Shown one piece after another: positions 45,802 through 55,838 of a DNA stretch of 64,000 nucleotides; positions within the stretch are counted from its first letter, which is position 1; each line of letters opens with the position of its first letter. The stretch comes from Candidatus Altimarinota bacterium (lineage in GTDB: Bacteria; Patescibacteriota; Gracilibacteria; CAIRYL01; GCA-016699755). The position numbers were made by a program, and so were the translations under genes. Below the pieces are notes generated by a model. That model had not been told where the DNA came from. It ran no database searches and saw nothing but the letters and a program-made list of their open reading frames with translations. Location: positions 768,001 through 832,000 of the forward strand of contig OY760935.1 in NCBI GenBank assembly GCA_963664295.1, written 5' to 3'.

Positions 45802-46943
45802 TTATTTTTGGAAAATTTTTCCCATTCTTCTGTGATTATTTTTAATAATTCTTCTTCAAATTTTTCTTTAGAAAATTTTTCTGCATGCGATCTTAATTTT
45901 TTATAAATAAATTTTTGACTATCAAAATCATTTATTGCTTTTTTTAGATCACTTTTTTTCTGTTTATCAAAAAAAACAGCAACTTCTTCATTTAAGGTAG
46001 TCAAAACTCCACCTTTTTTTAAAGCAATCACAGGAGTACCCGAAGCTAAACTTTCCAAAGGCACAATTCCTGCATCTTCCACATGAGGAAAAATTACTGC
46101 TTTTGCTTGAGCAAAATACTCTGGTAGTTTTTCATCATCAACATAACCCAAAAAATCAATATTTTTATGACCTTCTGCTAATTTCTTTAATTCCTCTTTC
46201 ATTGGGCCTGTGCCAATTATTTTTATTTTTTCTTTTGGCAATTCTTTAAAAGTTTCTACTAAAAAATCTATACTTTTTTGTGCAACTAATCTGCCAACAA
46301 ATAAAAAATAATCATCTTTTTTTTGTTTTAATGAAAAATGATCAATATCCACAGGCGGAGGCAAGACCAAAGAATCTTTTTGCCAATATTTTTTAATTCT
46401 TTGTTGAATAAAATCAGAATTGGCTATATATAAATCAGGTCTTTCTGCAGAATATTTGTCCCAAATTCGCAAACGAGACAAAACAGGAGGTAAAAAATAT
46501 TTAATAAAAGCAGGTAAAGGATAATTTTTTAAAAACTCCTGCCATTCACCCCACAAAAATCTAGCCGGAGTATGGCAATAACAAATATGTAAAGTTTCTG
46601 GATTGGTAATAACTCCTTTTGCCACAAACGAAGAAGAAGAAATTACAAGATCAAAATCATTTAAATTCAAAGACTCAATTGCTTTTGGTAATAAAGGCAA
46701 TAAACTTCTGTGTTTTTTCCGAATACATTTTGGAAATTTTTGCAAAAAACTCGTTCGCACATCAGGATGATTACCAAGAGACTTCATTGCCTCAGAATCA
46801 AAAACAGTTGTGTATAGCGGAGCTTCTGGAAAAAGATGAACAAAAGATTCAATTACCTTTTCTGCTCCACCAAAACTGGTTAACCAATCTGCGACAATCG
46901 CTACCCTCAAAGACTGAATTTTATTCTTAGTCATCTTCATCAA
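45798..46943 (-). CDS. Glycosyltransferase family 4
   Basis: DWLTSFGGAEKV, YCHTPAR, EDAGIVPLESLASGTPVIA. Confidence 0.93.
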   Translation of the reverse strand: MMKMTKNKIQSLRVAIVADWLTSFGGAEKVIESFVHLFPEAPLYTTVFDSEAMKSLGNHPDVRTSFLQKFPKCIRKKHRSLLPLLPKAIESLNLNDFDLVISSSSFVAKGVITNPETLHICYCHTPARFLWGEWQEFLKNYPLPAFIKYFLPPVLSRLRIWDKYSAERPDLYIANSDFIQQRIKKYWQKDSLVLPPPVDIDHFSLKQKKDDYFLFVGRLVAQKSIDFLVETFKELPKEKIKIIGTGPMKEELKKLAEGHKNIDFLGYVDDEKLPEYFAQAKAVIFPHVEDAGIVPLESLASGTPVIALKKGGVLTTLNEEVAVFFDKQKKSDLKKAINDFDSQKFIYKKLRSHAEKFSKEKFEEELLKIITEEWEKFSKNK

Positions 46944-48222
46944 TAGGTAAAACCAAAGGTTCTCCTTTTATTATAGAAAATTTTGCTAATTTTTTCGCAG
47001 CTTTTTGTACGCTTTTCAAAGGAGCTTCATCTAAAAGTAATAAAACTGGCTTAGTTATGCTTTCACCGTTTGGTTTTTGATAAAAACCATTGATTGAAAC
47101 TTTTTCTTTTGCTAATACATTGGCAATTTTTGCCAAAGAACCTGGTTTATCTAGGGCAAAAACTCTTAACACAGACTTTCTTTTTAAATCTGAAAAATCA
47201 CCATATTTTATATTTTCTAAATCATTAAAGGGCAAAGATTGACAAAGGCTAATCTTGCAAAGATGAGAAGCAATTTCCACAATATCAGCAACAACTGCTG
47301 TGCCAGTTGCCAAACCTCCGGCTCCATTACCAGCTAATAAAATAGGTCCAGAAAATTCACCTTCAATCAAAATTGCATTTACAACCTTGTCAATTTGTCC
47401 AAGCTTGGAAAATCTTTTTACAAAAGTTGGCTTCATGCTGAGGTATATTTTCTTATCAACTTTCTCTGCGCACCCAACAAGTTTGATTTTATAACCCATG
47501 TCAGAGGCAAATTGAAAATCATCAGGAAGTAATTTGGAAATACCCTGCACATCAACTGCTGAATAATCAATCTTTGCACCATAAGCAAAGGCTGACAATA
47601 TAGCTATCTTATGAGCCGCATCTATTCCTTCAATATCAAAAGTTGGATCTTGTTCAGCATAACCTAATTTTTGTGCTGTTTTTAAAACTTCTTCAAAGCT
47701 ACCTCCTTTGTATTGTAAATGAGATAAAATATAATTTGCTGTACCATTTAAAATGCCTTTTATTTTAGAAATTTTAAAAGGATATGAACTTTTTCTAAGA
47801 GTACGCAAACAAGGAATAGCTCCACAAACAGATGCTTCCGCAAGCAACATAAGATTATTTTTCTTTGCTAAATCAAAAAGCTCATTACCATTCATTGCAA
47901 GTAAGTGCTTATTTGCTGTCACAACATGTTTATTTTTTTTAAGTGCTTTTTTAATAAAACTTTTTGCAAAACCAGTCCCACCTATTAACTCAACAACAAT
48001 GCTAATTTCTGGATCATTGATTAAGTCATCAGCATTGTTGGTAAACACTTTTTTGTCTAATTTTAATTTATTTTTTGTTGGTATTTTTAAATCACAAATT
48101 TTCTTAATAATAATTTCAATATTACTTCTATTCTTTATTTCCTTAACTCGCTTCAATAAGACCTCGACTGTGCCTTGTCCAACTACCCCAAAGCCCAAAA
48201 CACCAACATATATTTTTTTCAT
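46927..48222 (-). CDS. hom: Homoserine dehydrogenase with C-terminal ACT domain
   Basis: GFGVVG, VVTANK, EASVCGAIP, GILNGTANYIL, GYAEQDPTFDIEGIDAAHK, GAGG, DKPGSLAKI. Confidence 0.95.
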   Translation of the reverse strand: MKKIYVGVLGFGVVGQGTVEVLLKRVKEIKNRSNIEIIIKKICDLKIPTKNKLKLDKKVFTNNADDLINDPEISIVVELIGGTGFAKSFIKKALKKNKHVVTANKHLLAMNGNELFDLAKKNNLMLLAEASVCGAIPCLRTLRKSSYPFKISKIKGILNGTANYILSHLQYKGGSFEEVLKTAQKLGYAEQDPTFDIEGIDAAHKIAILSAFAYGAKIDYSAVDVQGISKLLPDDFQFASDMGYKIKLVGCAEKVDKKIYLSMKPTFVKRFSKLGQIDKVVNAILIEGEFSGPILLAGNGAGGLATGTAVVADIVEIASHLCKISLCQSLPFNDLENIKYGDFSDLKRKSVLRVFALDKPGSLAKIANVLAKEKVSINGFYQKPNGESITKPVLLLLDEAPLKSVQKAAKKLAKFSIIKGEPLVLPIDEDD

Positions 48223-48323
48223 TGGCTAAATTCTGCCATAAAACAATTTTTTAAACAAAGTTAAATCTTGCTTAAATAAAAAAGCTATGAGAAACTTCAT
48301 TTTGCCCAAGGTTGCAATATAAA

Positions 48324-49967
48324 ATGAAAAAAAAGCTTAAAAAAATCAGCAAAAAACTAAGCGGTAAACTAAGCATGAAATCAGGCTTATTTTTTTTGTT
48401 AATTGGTCTTTTTATGGCTATTCTTGCCAGCCTACTTGTTATTCCTGAGTTATTTTTTATTAAAAATTTTGAAGATTTTTTACCAGAAAAAGACTTAATT
48501 GGCTTTATAAAGGTAGAAAATTTCCAAGCACCTGAGCAATTAAGTGAAAAATATCCACAAGTTAAAACTGATTTTAATAAATATTTTTCTACTATTTTAG
48601 GAATTGACCTTGAAAAAACAAATATTTGGCGAGGAAAAAGAGCAGGAATAGCACTTTATGAAGATAATTTTAATGTTGAAAGTCCTTATTCTTGGGTTGT
48701 TCTTTTTGAAATTACCAACAAAAAAGAAGCTGAGATTTTTTTAAATAAATTAGCTGGTAATGAAGAAAATCTTGTTTATGACAATAGAAATAAAATAAAA
48801 GTCTCTATTTTAAAAAATCGTAATTTTAAATGCGCTTTATTTGAAAGCTATCTTGTTTGTTCTGATAAAGGCTCAAATATTTTTGACAAACTTTTAGCAG
48901 AAGAAAGGGCTATTGTAGCTTCTGCTGACTATCAACGTTGGCAGGCTCAAATGCCAAAAAAGGCTTATTTAAAAGCTTATTTTCGAACTGAAAAAATAAA
49001 TAAAATAATTCCTAATTTTGCCTCACTCATTAACGGAAACATTGAAACCGGCGGTCTTGTTTTGGAAGAAAAAGAAAACCAACTCGCAATTTCTATGTTT
49101 TTTGTTAAAAAACAAAAAAATGCAGAAATATTTTCACAAGAAGAACAAGAGGACTTGCTAACAATATTACCAAAAGAAACAATTTTCTTTTTAAACGGAA
49201 AAAACACCAAAAACACTATCGACACAGCGCTTAATGAAATGTCTCACAATGACCCTGAATTAAAAACTTATTTTTTAGCCAGAACAAGAGCAATTATACA
49301 AAATAATTATTTTAGCGAAACAGTTTCTCTTGAAAACGATATTTTTCCACTTTTTTCAAAAAACTTTGTTTTTGCCTTTGTAAAAACAGAAATAATCTCA
49401 AAGACAGAAGACCAAGAGGAAATAGAAGAAAAATTGGTCCCTTTGCTGATCATCAATACTGATGATGAAATTTTTGCAGAAGAAAAAAGAAAAAAACTAG
49501 CCAAAGGTTTTGAAGAGATCTTAATTAAAGAATCAGGAGAAATCATTGAAGAAACTTTAGAAAACGAAGAAACAATTAAAGAAATTTTTCCACTTGGCAG
49601 TGAGGCTATAAAAATTGAAAAAGATTTCAATGACGCAAAAACTGTTTATTTAAAAGGGAAAGATAAAGAAATGGCTATTGCTAGAAAAAATAATCTTTTA
49701 ATTATCTCTACTGATACCGAGATATTAAAAGAAGTTATTACCAAAATAGATCAAACAAAATTTAAAAGAGAAACAAGTAAAATTGTTGAAAATTTTAATA
49801 TCAAAACATTTTCCAGCGCAGACGAAACTTTTGCTTTTGACAAAAGCTTTGTTTCATCTCTGCCTATTGGGGATTATGTAAATAAATTATATTTTATAGA
49901 TACAGTTTCTGGAAAAATTGTAAGAATTCCTGATGCATTTAGGGTGGATATTCAGATTGCTTTTTAA
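48324..49967 (+). CDS. Membrane-anchored exported protein (DUF3352-like)
   Basis: N-terminal TM helix; two internally similar halves starting FLPEKD and ILPKET; family call tentative. Confidence 0.55.
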   Translation: MKKKLKKISKKLSGKLSMKSGLFFLLIGLFMAILASLLVIPELFFIKNFEDFLPEKDLIGFIKVENFQAPEQLSEKYPQVKTDFNKYFSTILGIDLEKTNIWRGKRAGIALYEDNFNVESPYSWVVLFEITNKKEAEIFLNKLAGNEENLVYDNRNKIKVSILKNRNFKCALFESYLVCSDKGSNIFDKLLAEERAIVASADYQRWQAQMPKKAYLKAYFRTEKINKIIPNFASLINGNIETGGLVLEEKENQLAISMFFVKKQKNAEIFSQEEQEDLLTILPKETIFFLNGKNTKNTIDTALNEMSHNDPELKTYFLARTRAIIQNNYFSETVSLENDIFPLFSKNFVFAFVKTEIISKTEDQEEIEEKLVPLLIINTDDEIFAEEKRKKLAKGFEEILIKESGEIIEETLENEETIKEIFPLGSEAIKIEKDFNDAKTVYLKGKDKEMAIARKNNLLIISTDTEILKEVITKIDQTKFKRETSKIVENFNIKTFSSADETFAFDKSFVSSLPIGDYVNKLYFIDTVSGKIVRIPDAFRVDIQIAF

Positions 49968-49970
49968 ATA

Positions 49971-51209
49971 GTGAAAAAAGTTTTTTTATCGGGCATTGGC
50001 GGGATTGGCATGAGCGCGCTGGCACGCTTTTTTTTGTCAGAAGACCTTGAAGTTATTGGGAGCGACAACAATAATTCTGATTTAATTGAAGAATTAAAAA
50101 AAGAGGGAGTAAAAATTTTTCTTGAACAAAAAAAAGGAAACATTACTCAAGATATTGATCTCTTTGTTTATTCCGAAGCAATACCAGAAAATAATCCTGA
50201 AAGAACTAATGCGCTTAAATATAAAATTCCTCAAAAAAGTTATTTTCAAGCACTTGGCGATGTTTCAAAAGAATATAAAACCGTAGCAATAGCAGGAACA
50301 CACGGAAAAAGCACAACAACTGCGATGGCAGGCTTGGCTATAAAAAATTCTACTGTTTTTGTAGGCACAAAAATTTTTGAGTGGAATAATAAAAATTTTC
50401 GCAAAGACAAATCTGATCTTTTAATTGTTGAGGCTTGTGAATATCGCAATTCTTTTCTTAATCTTGATCCTTATGTTGCAATAATTACCTCTCTTGAGCC
50501 TGAGCATTTGGACTTTTTTAAAACTAAGGAAAATTATTTTGCTTCGTTTAAAAAATTTATCAAAAAAGCAAAAATTTTAATTGCTGATTTTTCTGACCCT
50601 GCAATTAAAAAAATTAGTAAAAACTTTGCTGGTAAAAAAATAAATAGTGCGGATTTTATTTCTCATGTGCCTAAATTAAAAATACCTGGTGAACATAATA
50701 TTCAAAATGCTTCTAGGGTTTTGGCTTTATGTGATTTTTTAGGCATAAACTTAAATAAAACACAAAAATATTTATCTGAATTCAAAGGAACCTGGCGCAG
50801 AATGGAAAAAAAGGCAAAAAATGTTTATGACGACTATGCCCATCATCCAACAGAAATAAGGGCAACTTTAAAAGCATTAAGGAATAAATATCCTGACAAA
50901 AAAATCTGGTGTGTTTTTCAGCCTCATCAATATTCTCGGACCATTGCTTTTTTTGACGAATTTGCAAAAAGTTTTAATGATGCTGACTATGTATTTATTC
51001 CCAATATTTATAAAGTGCGAGATAGTGAAGAAGATGTAAAAAAAATCACAGCCAAAGATTTAGTGAAAAAAATTGGCAAAAAAGCTCAATACACAGAAAA
51101 TTTTGAAAATACCGTAAAAATACTAAAAGAAAAAGTGGATCCAAATGATATTTTGATTACTATGGGCGCTGGTCCTATAAATGAGGTAGCAGAAGAATTT
51201 TTAAAATAA
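49971..51209 (+). CDS. murC: UDP-N-acetylmuramate--L-alanine ligase
   Basis: GIGGIGMSALA, AGTHGKSTTT, VEACEY, DDYAHHPTEI, FQPHQYSRT, MGAG. Confidence 0.96.
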   Translation: MKKVFLSGIGGIGMSALARFFLSEDLEVIGSDNNNSDLIEELKKEGVKIFLEQKKGNITQDIDLFVYSEAIPENNPERTNALKYKIPQKSYFQALGDVSKEYKTVAIAGTHGKSTTTAMAGLAIKNSTVFVGTKIFEWNNKNFRKDKSDLLIVEACEYRNSFLNLDPYVAIITSLEPEHLDFFKTKENYFASFKKFIKKAKILIADFSDPAIKKISKNFAGKKINSADFISHVPKLKIPGEHNIQNASRVLALCDFLGINLNKTQKYLSEFKGTWRRMEKKAKNVYDDYAHHPTEIRATLKALRNKYPDKKIWCVFQPHQYSRTIAFFDEFAKSFNDADYVFIPNIYKVRDSEEDVKKITAKDLVKKIGKKAQYTENFENTVKILKEKVDPNDILITMGAGPINEVAEEFLK

Positions 51210-51237
51210 AAAAGCGGTTTTTAGACCGCTTTTTTAT
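51206..51237. terminator. Bidirectional intrinsic terminator
   Basis: ATAAAAAAGCGGT...ACCGCTTTTTTAT between convergent murC and the DUF11 gene. Confidence 0.85.
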
Positions 51238-51255
51238 AATCACTATTTATTATAA

Positions 51256-54200
51256 TTACCAAATCTCTTTTCTTAGTATTTCAAGAACTTTTTCTCTTTT
51301 TCGAACACCAAGCACAAACAATGCAGAAGCAAATAATACTAGTAAACTTGCTGTGACACCTGTTGTTGGATATTTTGGTGGAACCATAAGAACTTTTAAT
51401 TCATCATCATCTTCTAGTCGAATTGATCCTTCGTTTGCTACCAATTCAGCCATATTTTTAATTGAAGTTCCTGCTTTTACTTCTGGCTTTACTCTTGCTT
51501 TATAGTGATAAACCAAATATTGACCAGGCCTAAGAATAGATTTTCTATAAATTAATCTATTATCTTTTAGCTGACCTTTTGGATGATCAGTCACCTCCAA
51601 TAAATTAGCAGGGATATTGTCTGTAATAACTACATTGTTTAGATCGTAGTCATTGGTATTACGAGCAACTATTGTGTATGTCACTTCTTGTCCTGGCTTA
51701 GCTGCATATACATTTACAACTTTTGAAAAAATTGCTTCTTCATCTGGTTTTTCAGGAATAATTACAGACAAATGAGCTTCATCTGTCTCGCCTATCCCCT
51801 CAGATTTATTAAGCTTATAAAGAACGCTATCCTCTCTTTCAAATTCAAGATCTTCGATAGTCACTCTATTTACGCCACTGCCTTCTCCGATATTATCTAC
51901 ATCTGCTGTAAAGGTGAATATTGTTGTGCCATTGGCATTCACTTTATCAAGTGAGAATGTTTGATCTTTTTCATTCCAAGTAGCACCTTCAACATCACGA
52001 ATATTACTTTGTTTAAAGTCACCTTCAAACACATCACTAATTACAACGTTGTCTGCTGAAAAAGTACCATTATTTTTTACTAATACTCTATATTCAACAT
52101 CTTGTTTTTTATTAGCTTTAATTGCTACTGCCTCAATTGCTGTATCAGCATTTTGCCATTTGCCATTGCTGTCTTTTACTTGTTTTTCAATATTTAATAA
52201 AATAGCACCGTAGATTGTGCGACGGCCACCACCGCCACCTCCGCCACCACCACCTCCACCAGAGGTGCGACCAACAATTACTACAGCTTCATCATCTTGA
52301 TCTATTACAACTCCAGATCTTTGAAGTTCAACTGTATTTTGTACATTTGAGGTTTGATTAACAGGAACAGTAGCATTATCAGCATACATTTGATAAGTCA
52401 AAGTCATGACTGAGCCAGGTTGCATATCTGTGATAACTACTCCACTTGGATCTGTAATCATGCCACCTGCGTTTCCAGTGTTAATTGGATTAAAGCTCAT
52501 TTGATGCAATGTTGGACTTGTAAATGATAAAGTTCCACCGTTATCACCTTCAAAAACATTATCTGCATCATTAGATAAAGTATCTATTATTGATAAATTT
52601 TGATTTGTATTACTTAAATTTTCTACTGTAATTGTGTAGGTTGTATTTTCACCATTTACCAAAGAAGTGTCATCAGCAACTTTAGTAATAGTTGGCTCAA
52701 GAACTGGTATAGAAATATTCACAAGTGCATTGTCTGTTGCTCTTCTTATTGGACTTGTTGATTCAAGTGTTGCTATGTTTTCAAATTGATCATTTGGCAA
52801 AGAAACATTATTTACTACTGCTGAATAAGTGACTTCTTGTACTCCATCAGCAGGACTAAGAGGTCCTCCTAAATTACAATCAATTTCATCAAAAATACCG
52901 TCTGCATCTATATCAACAGGAGAACATCTGTTGTCACTAATACTGCCACTGTTAAGCGTAATTGCAACTTCATCAAAATCATCTTCAAGAGTAATTCCAT
53001 CAACAGAAAGACCAGACACGCTTTCAACATGATAAGCAAGACGGTAATAAACCGTATCACCTACTTGTGCTGTTGCAGTAGGATTAAAAGGTCCTGCCTG
53101 ATTAAGTGAAACTCCTTTTTCAAGACGTAAAAATGGTTCTTGAGGAGGATTCATTGTGATAGTTGTATTACAAGTACTACTAGCACCATTAATATTAAAA
53201 ACTTCCATTGTATATGTTGCATCTGCTGTCAAAGTAGGTGTGTCACCACTTCCGTCAGCAGTATATGGATCATGATTTGAATCTAAATCATCTGGTGTCA
53301 TTGTTGCAGTATTAACAGGGCCTTCAAGATCCCAGGTTAATGTTGCAAATTCTCCTGGATCAATTGGTCCACTATTTGTCAAAGTACAAGTTGGTACATC
53401 AACAGGAACAACATTAAGAGTATAAGGACATTGTGTTGTTAATGTCTCGTCTGTATTTGTTGCAGGGTCAACAACATGAGCACCTGTCACATCTAAAGCA
53501 TAATCAAAAACTTCCGCCTGGTTTTCATCTGCTAATCTTGGTCCAGACAGAAAATTTCCAGCACCACTGTTTGTAGCTGGATCAATTGTTAAGGTACCAA
53601 TTCCCTGATTTACTTCTGCGCTAACTGCATAATTAGCTGTCCAATCAAAAGTAGCACTATCACCATCTGTGATAGTATGACTATTTCCTTGTACGCCAGG
53701 GATTTGACAGCTACAAGTTGGACGAAGAAAAACAGAATCATCACAAGTAATAGTTGTTCCATCAAGACCAACTACTTCTAAAGAAGCTGTTGTTTCCATT
53801 TGATCAAGAGCCTGTGGCACTGTGTCATTATTATTTGAGCCAGTTAAAAAATAGTCTTGACCACCATAAGTCAAGGTTGCTGATTGCGCATTTGTAAACG
53901 ACCAATTAAAACTAGTGTCATAAATACCTGCATCCATAATTAAATTAGCATACTCAAGACTACAAGCAGGAGGGCCAATAGGCACAACACTGATATTTGC
54001 AGTACATTCTGTTTGCATAACACTCGCTGGATCATTTGGATCAGTCTGTGCACCATACACAGTCAAAACATACGGATTATCACCCAAAGGAGGAGTTAAT
54101 CCGCTTGCTGTACCGCTATTATTATTTTCACTGTTTGGTTGCAAATTGCCAAGATCAGGATTAGTCATAACCATAGAAGCATGTGTAAATGCCCAATCCA

Positions 54201-55785
54201 AACTTGCAGACTGTCCTTCGGTTATTGTTTGTGTTGCCGGAGTCAGCGAACAAGTTGGACGAATAAAAACAGTATCACTACAGGTAATAGTAGTTCCATC
54301 AAGACCAACTACTTCTAAATTAGAAATTGTTTCTGTCAAAGTTGGAATAATTCCTGATGATGAACCACTGCCATTTCCACTTGCATCAGGGGTCAAAGCT
54401 GTGCCATCAAGGTCAGCTGATACAGCATTTGTAAATGAATAATCAAGAGTTGTTTGTTCTCCTTCATTAAGAAGGTCTGGTGTGTATGTCAGGCTACAGG
54501 TAGGAGCACCTGCTGGAACAATACCTACTGTAGCAGTACTACTATCTGATCCAGCAGGGGTTGTCATGTCAATATCTGCCGTATTAGTAAAACTACCACT
54601 AGTGCCTGTAATTTCTGCACTATAAAGAATTGTTTCAGTATTATTTGCTGGCAAATTAGCAATATTACATACAATCTGGGTACCATCAGGTGTACAACTA
54701 GCATCTCCCTCGTCGATTATAGTAATACTATTTGGGTCTAAATTACTCTCATCAAAATTATCAGTAATAGTAATTCCTTGCCCCGCAGTGTTAGTATTGC
54801 TATTTACCTGATATGTAAGTTGATAATAAACCGTGCTACCTGTTGGTGCTGATGTGGCAGTAAGAAAAGGGCCTCCTTCGCTAGTGGAAACGCCTTTTTC
54901 AATATCTATAGTTGCATCAACAACCTCAACATCAGCAGTACAAGTGCCAGAACCATTGTCATTAGAAATATTTAATGTAAAAGTTTGTGAACCTACATTG
55001 TTTAATGGATGACTGTAACCACTTCCATCAACAGTATAATCATAATTTTGTGATAAATTAGGACTCATAGCTCCGTTATTTACTGTGCCTGTTATGTCCC
55101 AATTTAAAGTTGCCTGTTCACCAACTTGTAAAATATTGTTATCAACAGTTAATGCACAAGATGGCTCTGCACAGGCCTCCCATTTTCTTTGTATCGGCAC
55201 TGATCCACTAGCGTCATGTTGAGTTGAATGAGGATCATTAGGGTCTTCTAAATAAAAAGCTTTAAAATTAACTCTCAAAGTATAATCTCCAAGATCAACA
55301 CCTGGTTTTGGCTGAGTGCGAATCATAACATAGGCACACTGAAATTTTTCATCATCACCTAATGCGGCTTGATTATAACAATTATCTTGAGTAATAGCTT
55401 CTGATCCATCACCAGGCACCCTCCATGTAATAATATTATTATTAAAACCTACAAAATATTTATCAGAAATACCATCTCCATTTGGATCAATATCCTGACC
55501 ATTTGCATACACATGATCAATGTCAACAAAATCAAGTTGATCCGCAACATTGCTTAGGTCTAATGTTGCTTCGTAATAATAAATTGCCTGATTTGTATTT
55601 GCATCAGGGCCATATGTCCAAAGAGTTGTCACTGGACCACATTCGCCAGTTTTGCCATTATCTGGTTGAATGGTTAGATCTGCTTTAAACAAAGAAGAAT
55701 CTTGATAAAAATACAAAAATACTGCTCCCAGCACTATTATTAGTGTGGATATTAAAACAGCCTGAATTTTTTTATTTTTAAACAT
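51256..55785 (-). CDS. Large surface protein with DUF11 / Ig-like repeats and a C-terminal PxTG-TM-basic tail
   Basis: IEKGVS...GSTVYYQL, ITKVAD...TTYTITVEN, PGQEVTYTIVARN repeats; Cys-paired Ig-like units; poly-Gly linker; YPTTG then TM helix and RKREK. Confidence 0.85.
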   Translation of the reverse strand: MFKNKKIQAVLISTLIIVLGAVFLYFYQDSSLFKADLTIQPDNGKTGECGPVTTLWTYGPDANTNQAIYYYEATLDLSNVADQLDFVDIDHVYANGQDIDPNGDGISDKYFVGFNNNIITWRVPGDGSEAITQDNCYNQAALGDDEKFQCAYVMIRTQPKPGVDLGDYTLRVNFKAFYLEDPNDPHSTQHDASGSVPIQRKWEACAEPSCALTVDNNILQVGEQATLNWDITGTVNNGAMSPNLSQNYDYTVDGSGYSHPLNNVGSQTFTLNISNDNGSGTCTADVEVVDATIDIEKGVSTSEGGPFLTATSAPTGSTVYYQLTYQVNSNTNTAGQGITITDNFDESNLDPNSITIIDEGDASCTPDGTQIVCNIANLPANNTETILYSAEITGTSGSFTNTADIDMTTPAGSDSSTATVGIVPAGAPTCSLTYTPDLLNEGEQTTLDYSFTNAVSADLDGTALTPDASGNGSGSSSGIIPTLTETISNLEVVGLDGTTITCSDTVFIRPTCSLTPATQTITEGQSASLDWAFTHASMVMTNPDLGNLQPNSENNNSGTASGLTPPLGDNPYVLTVYGAQTDPNDPASVMQTECTANISVVPIGPPACSLEYANLIMDAGIYDTSFNWSFTNAQSATLTYGGQDYFLTGSNNNDTVPQALDQMETTASLEVVGLDGTTITCDDSVFLRPTCSCQIPGVQGNSHTITDGDSATFDWTANYAVSAEVNQGIGTLTIDPATNSGAGNFLSGPRLADENQAEVFDYALDVTGAHVVDPATNTDETLTTQCPYTLNVVPVDVPTCTLTNSGPIDPGEFATLTWDLEGPVNTATMTPDDLDSNHDPYTADGSGDTPTLTADATYTMEVFNINGASSTCNTTITMNPPQEPFLRLEKGVSLNQAGPFNPTATAQVGDTVYYRLAYHVESVSGLSVDGITLEDDFDEVAITLNSGSISDNRCSPVDIDADGIFDEIDCNLGGPLSPADGVQEVTYSAVVNNVSLPNDQFENIATLESTSPIRRATDNALVNISIPVLEPTITKVADDTSLVNGENTTYTITVENLSNTNQNLSIIDTLSNDADNVFEGDNGGTLSFTSPTLHQMSFNPINTGNAGGMITDPSGVVITDMQPGSVMTLTYQMYADNATVPVNQTSNVQNTVELQRSGVVIDQDDEAVVIVGRTSGGGGGGGGGGGGRRTIYGAILLNIEKQVKDSNGKWQNADTAIEAVAIKANKKQDVEYRVLVKNNGTFSADNVVISDVFEGDFKQSNIRDVEGATWNEKDQTFSLDKVNANGTTIFTFTADVDNIGEGSGVNRVTIEDLEFEREDSVLYKLNKSEGIGETDEAHLSVIIPEKPDEEAIFSKVVNVYAAKPGQEVTYTIVARNTNDYDLNNVVITDNIPANLLEVTDHPKGQLKDNRLIYRKSILRPGQYLVYHYKARVKPEVKAGTSIKNMAELVANEGSIRLEDDDELKVLMVPPKYPTTGVTASLLVLFASALFVLGVRKREKVLEILRKEIW

Positions 55786-55838
55786 TTTATTTTATAAAAT
55801 TTTGTTTTTATTTTTTATTTAATTTTTAATTATTAAAA

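Noticed and set aside
52225-52262. GC-rich CCA/CCG/CCT run as a possible regulatory repeat
   Set aside because: Encodes the poly-Gly linker of the DUF11 protein with mixed codons
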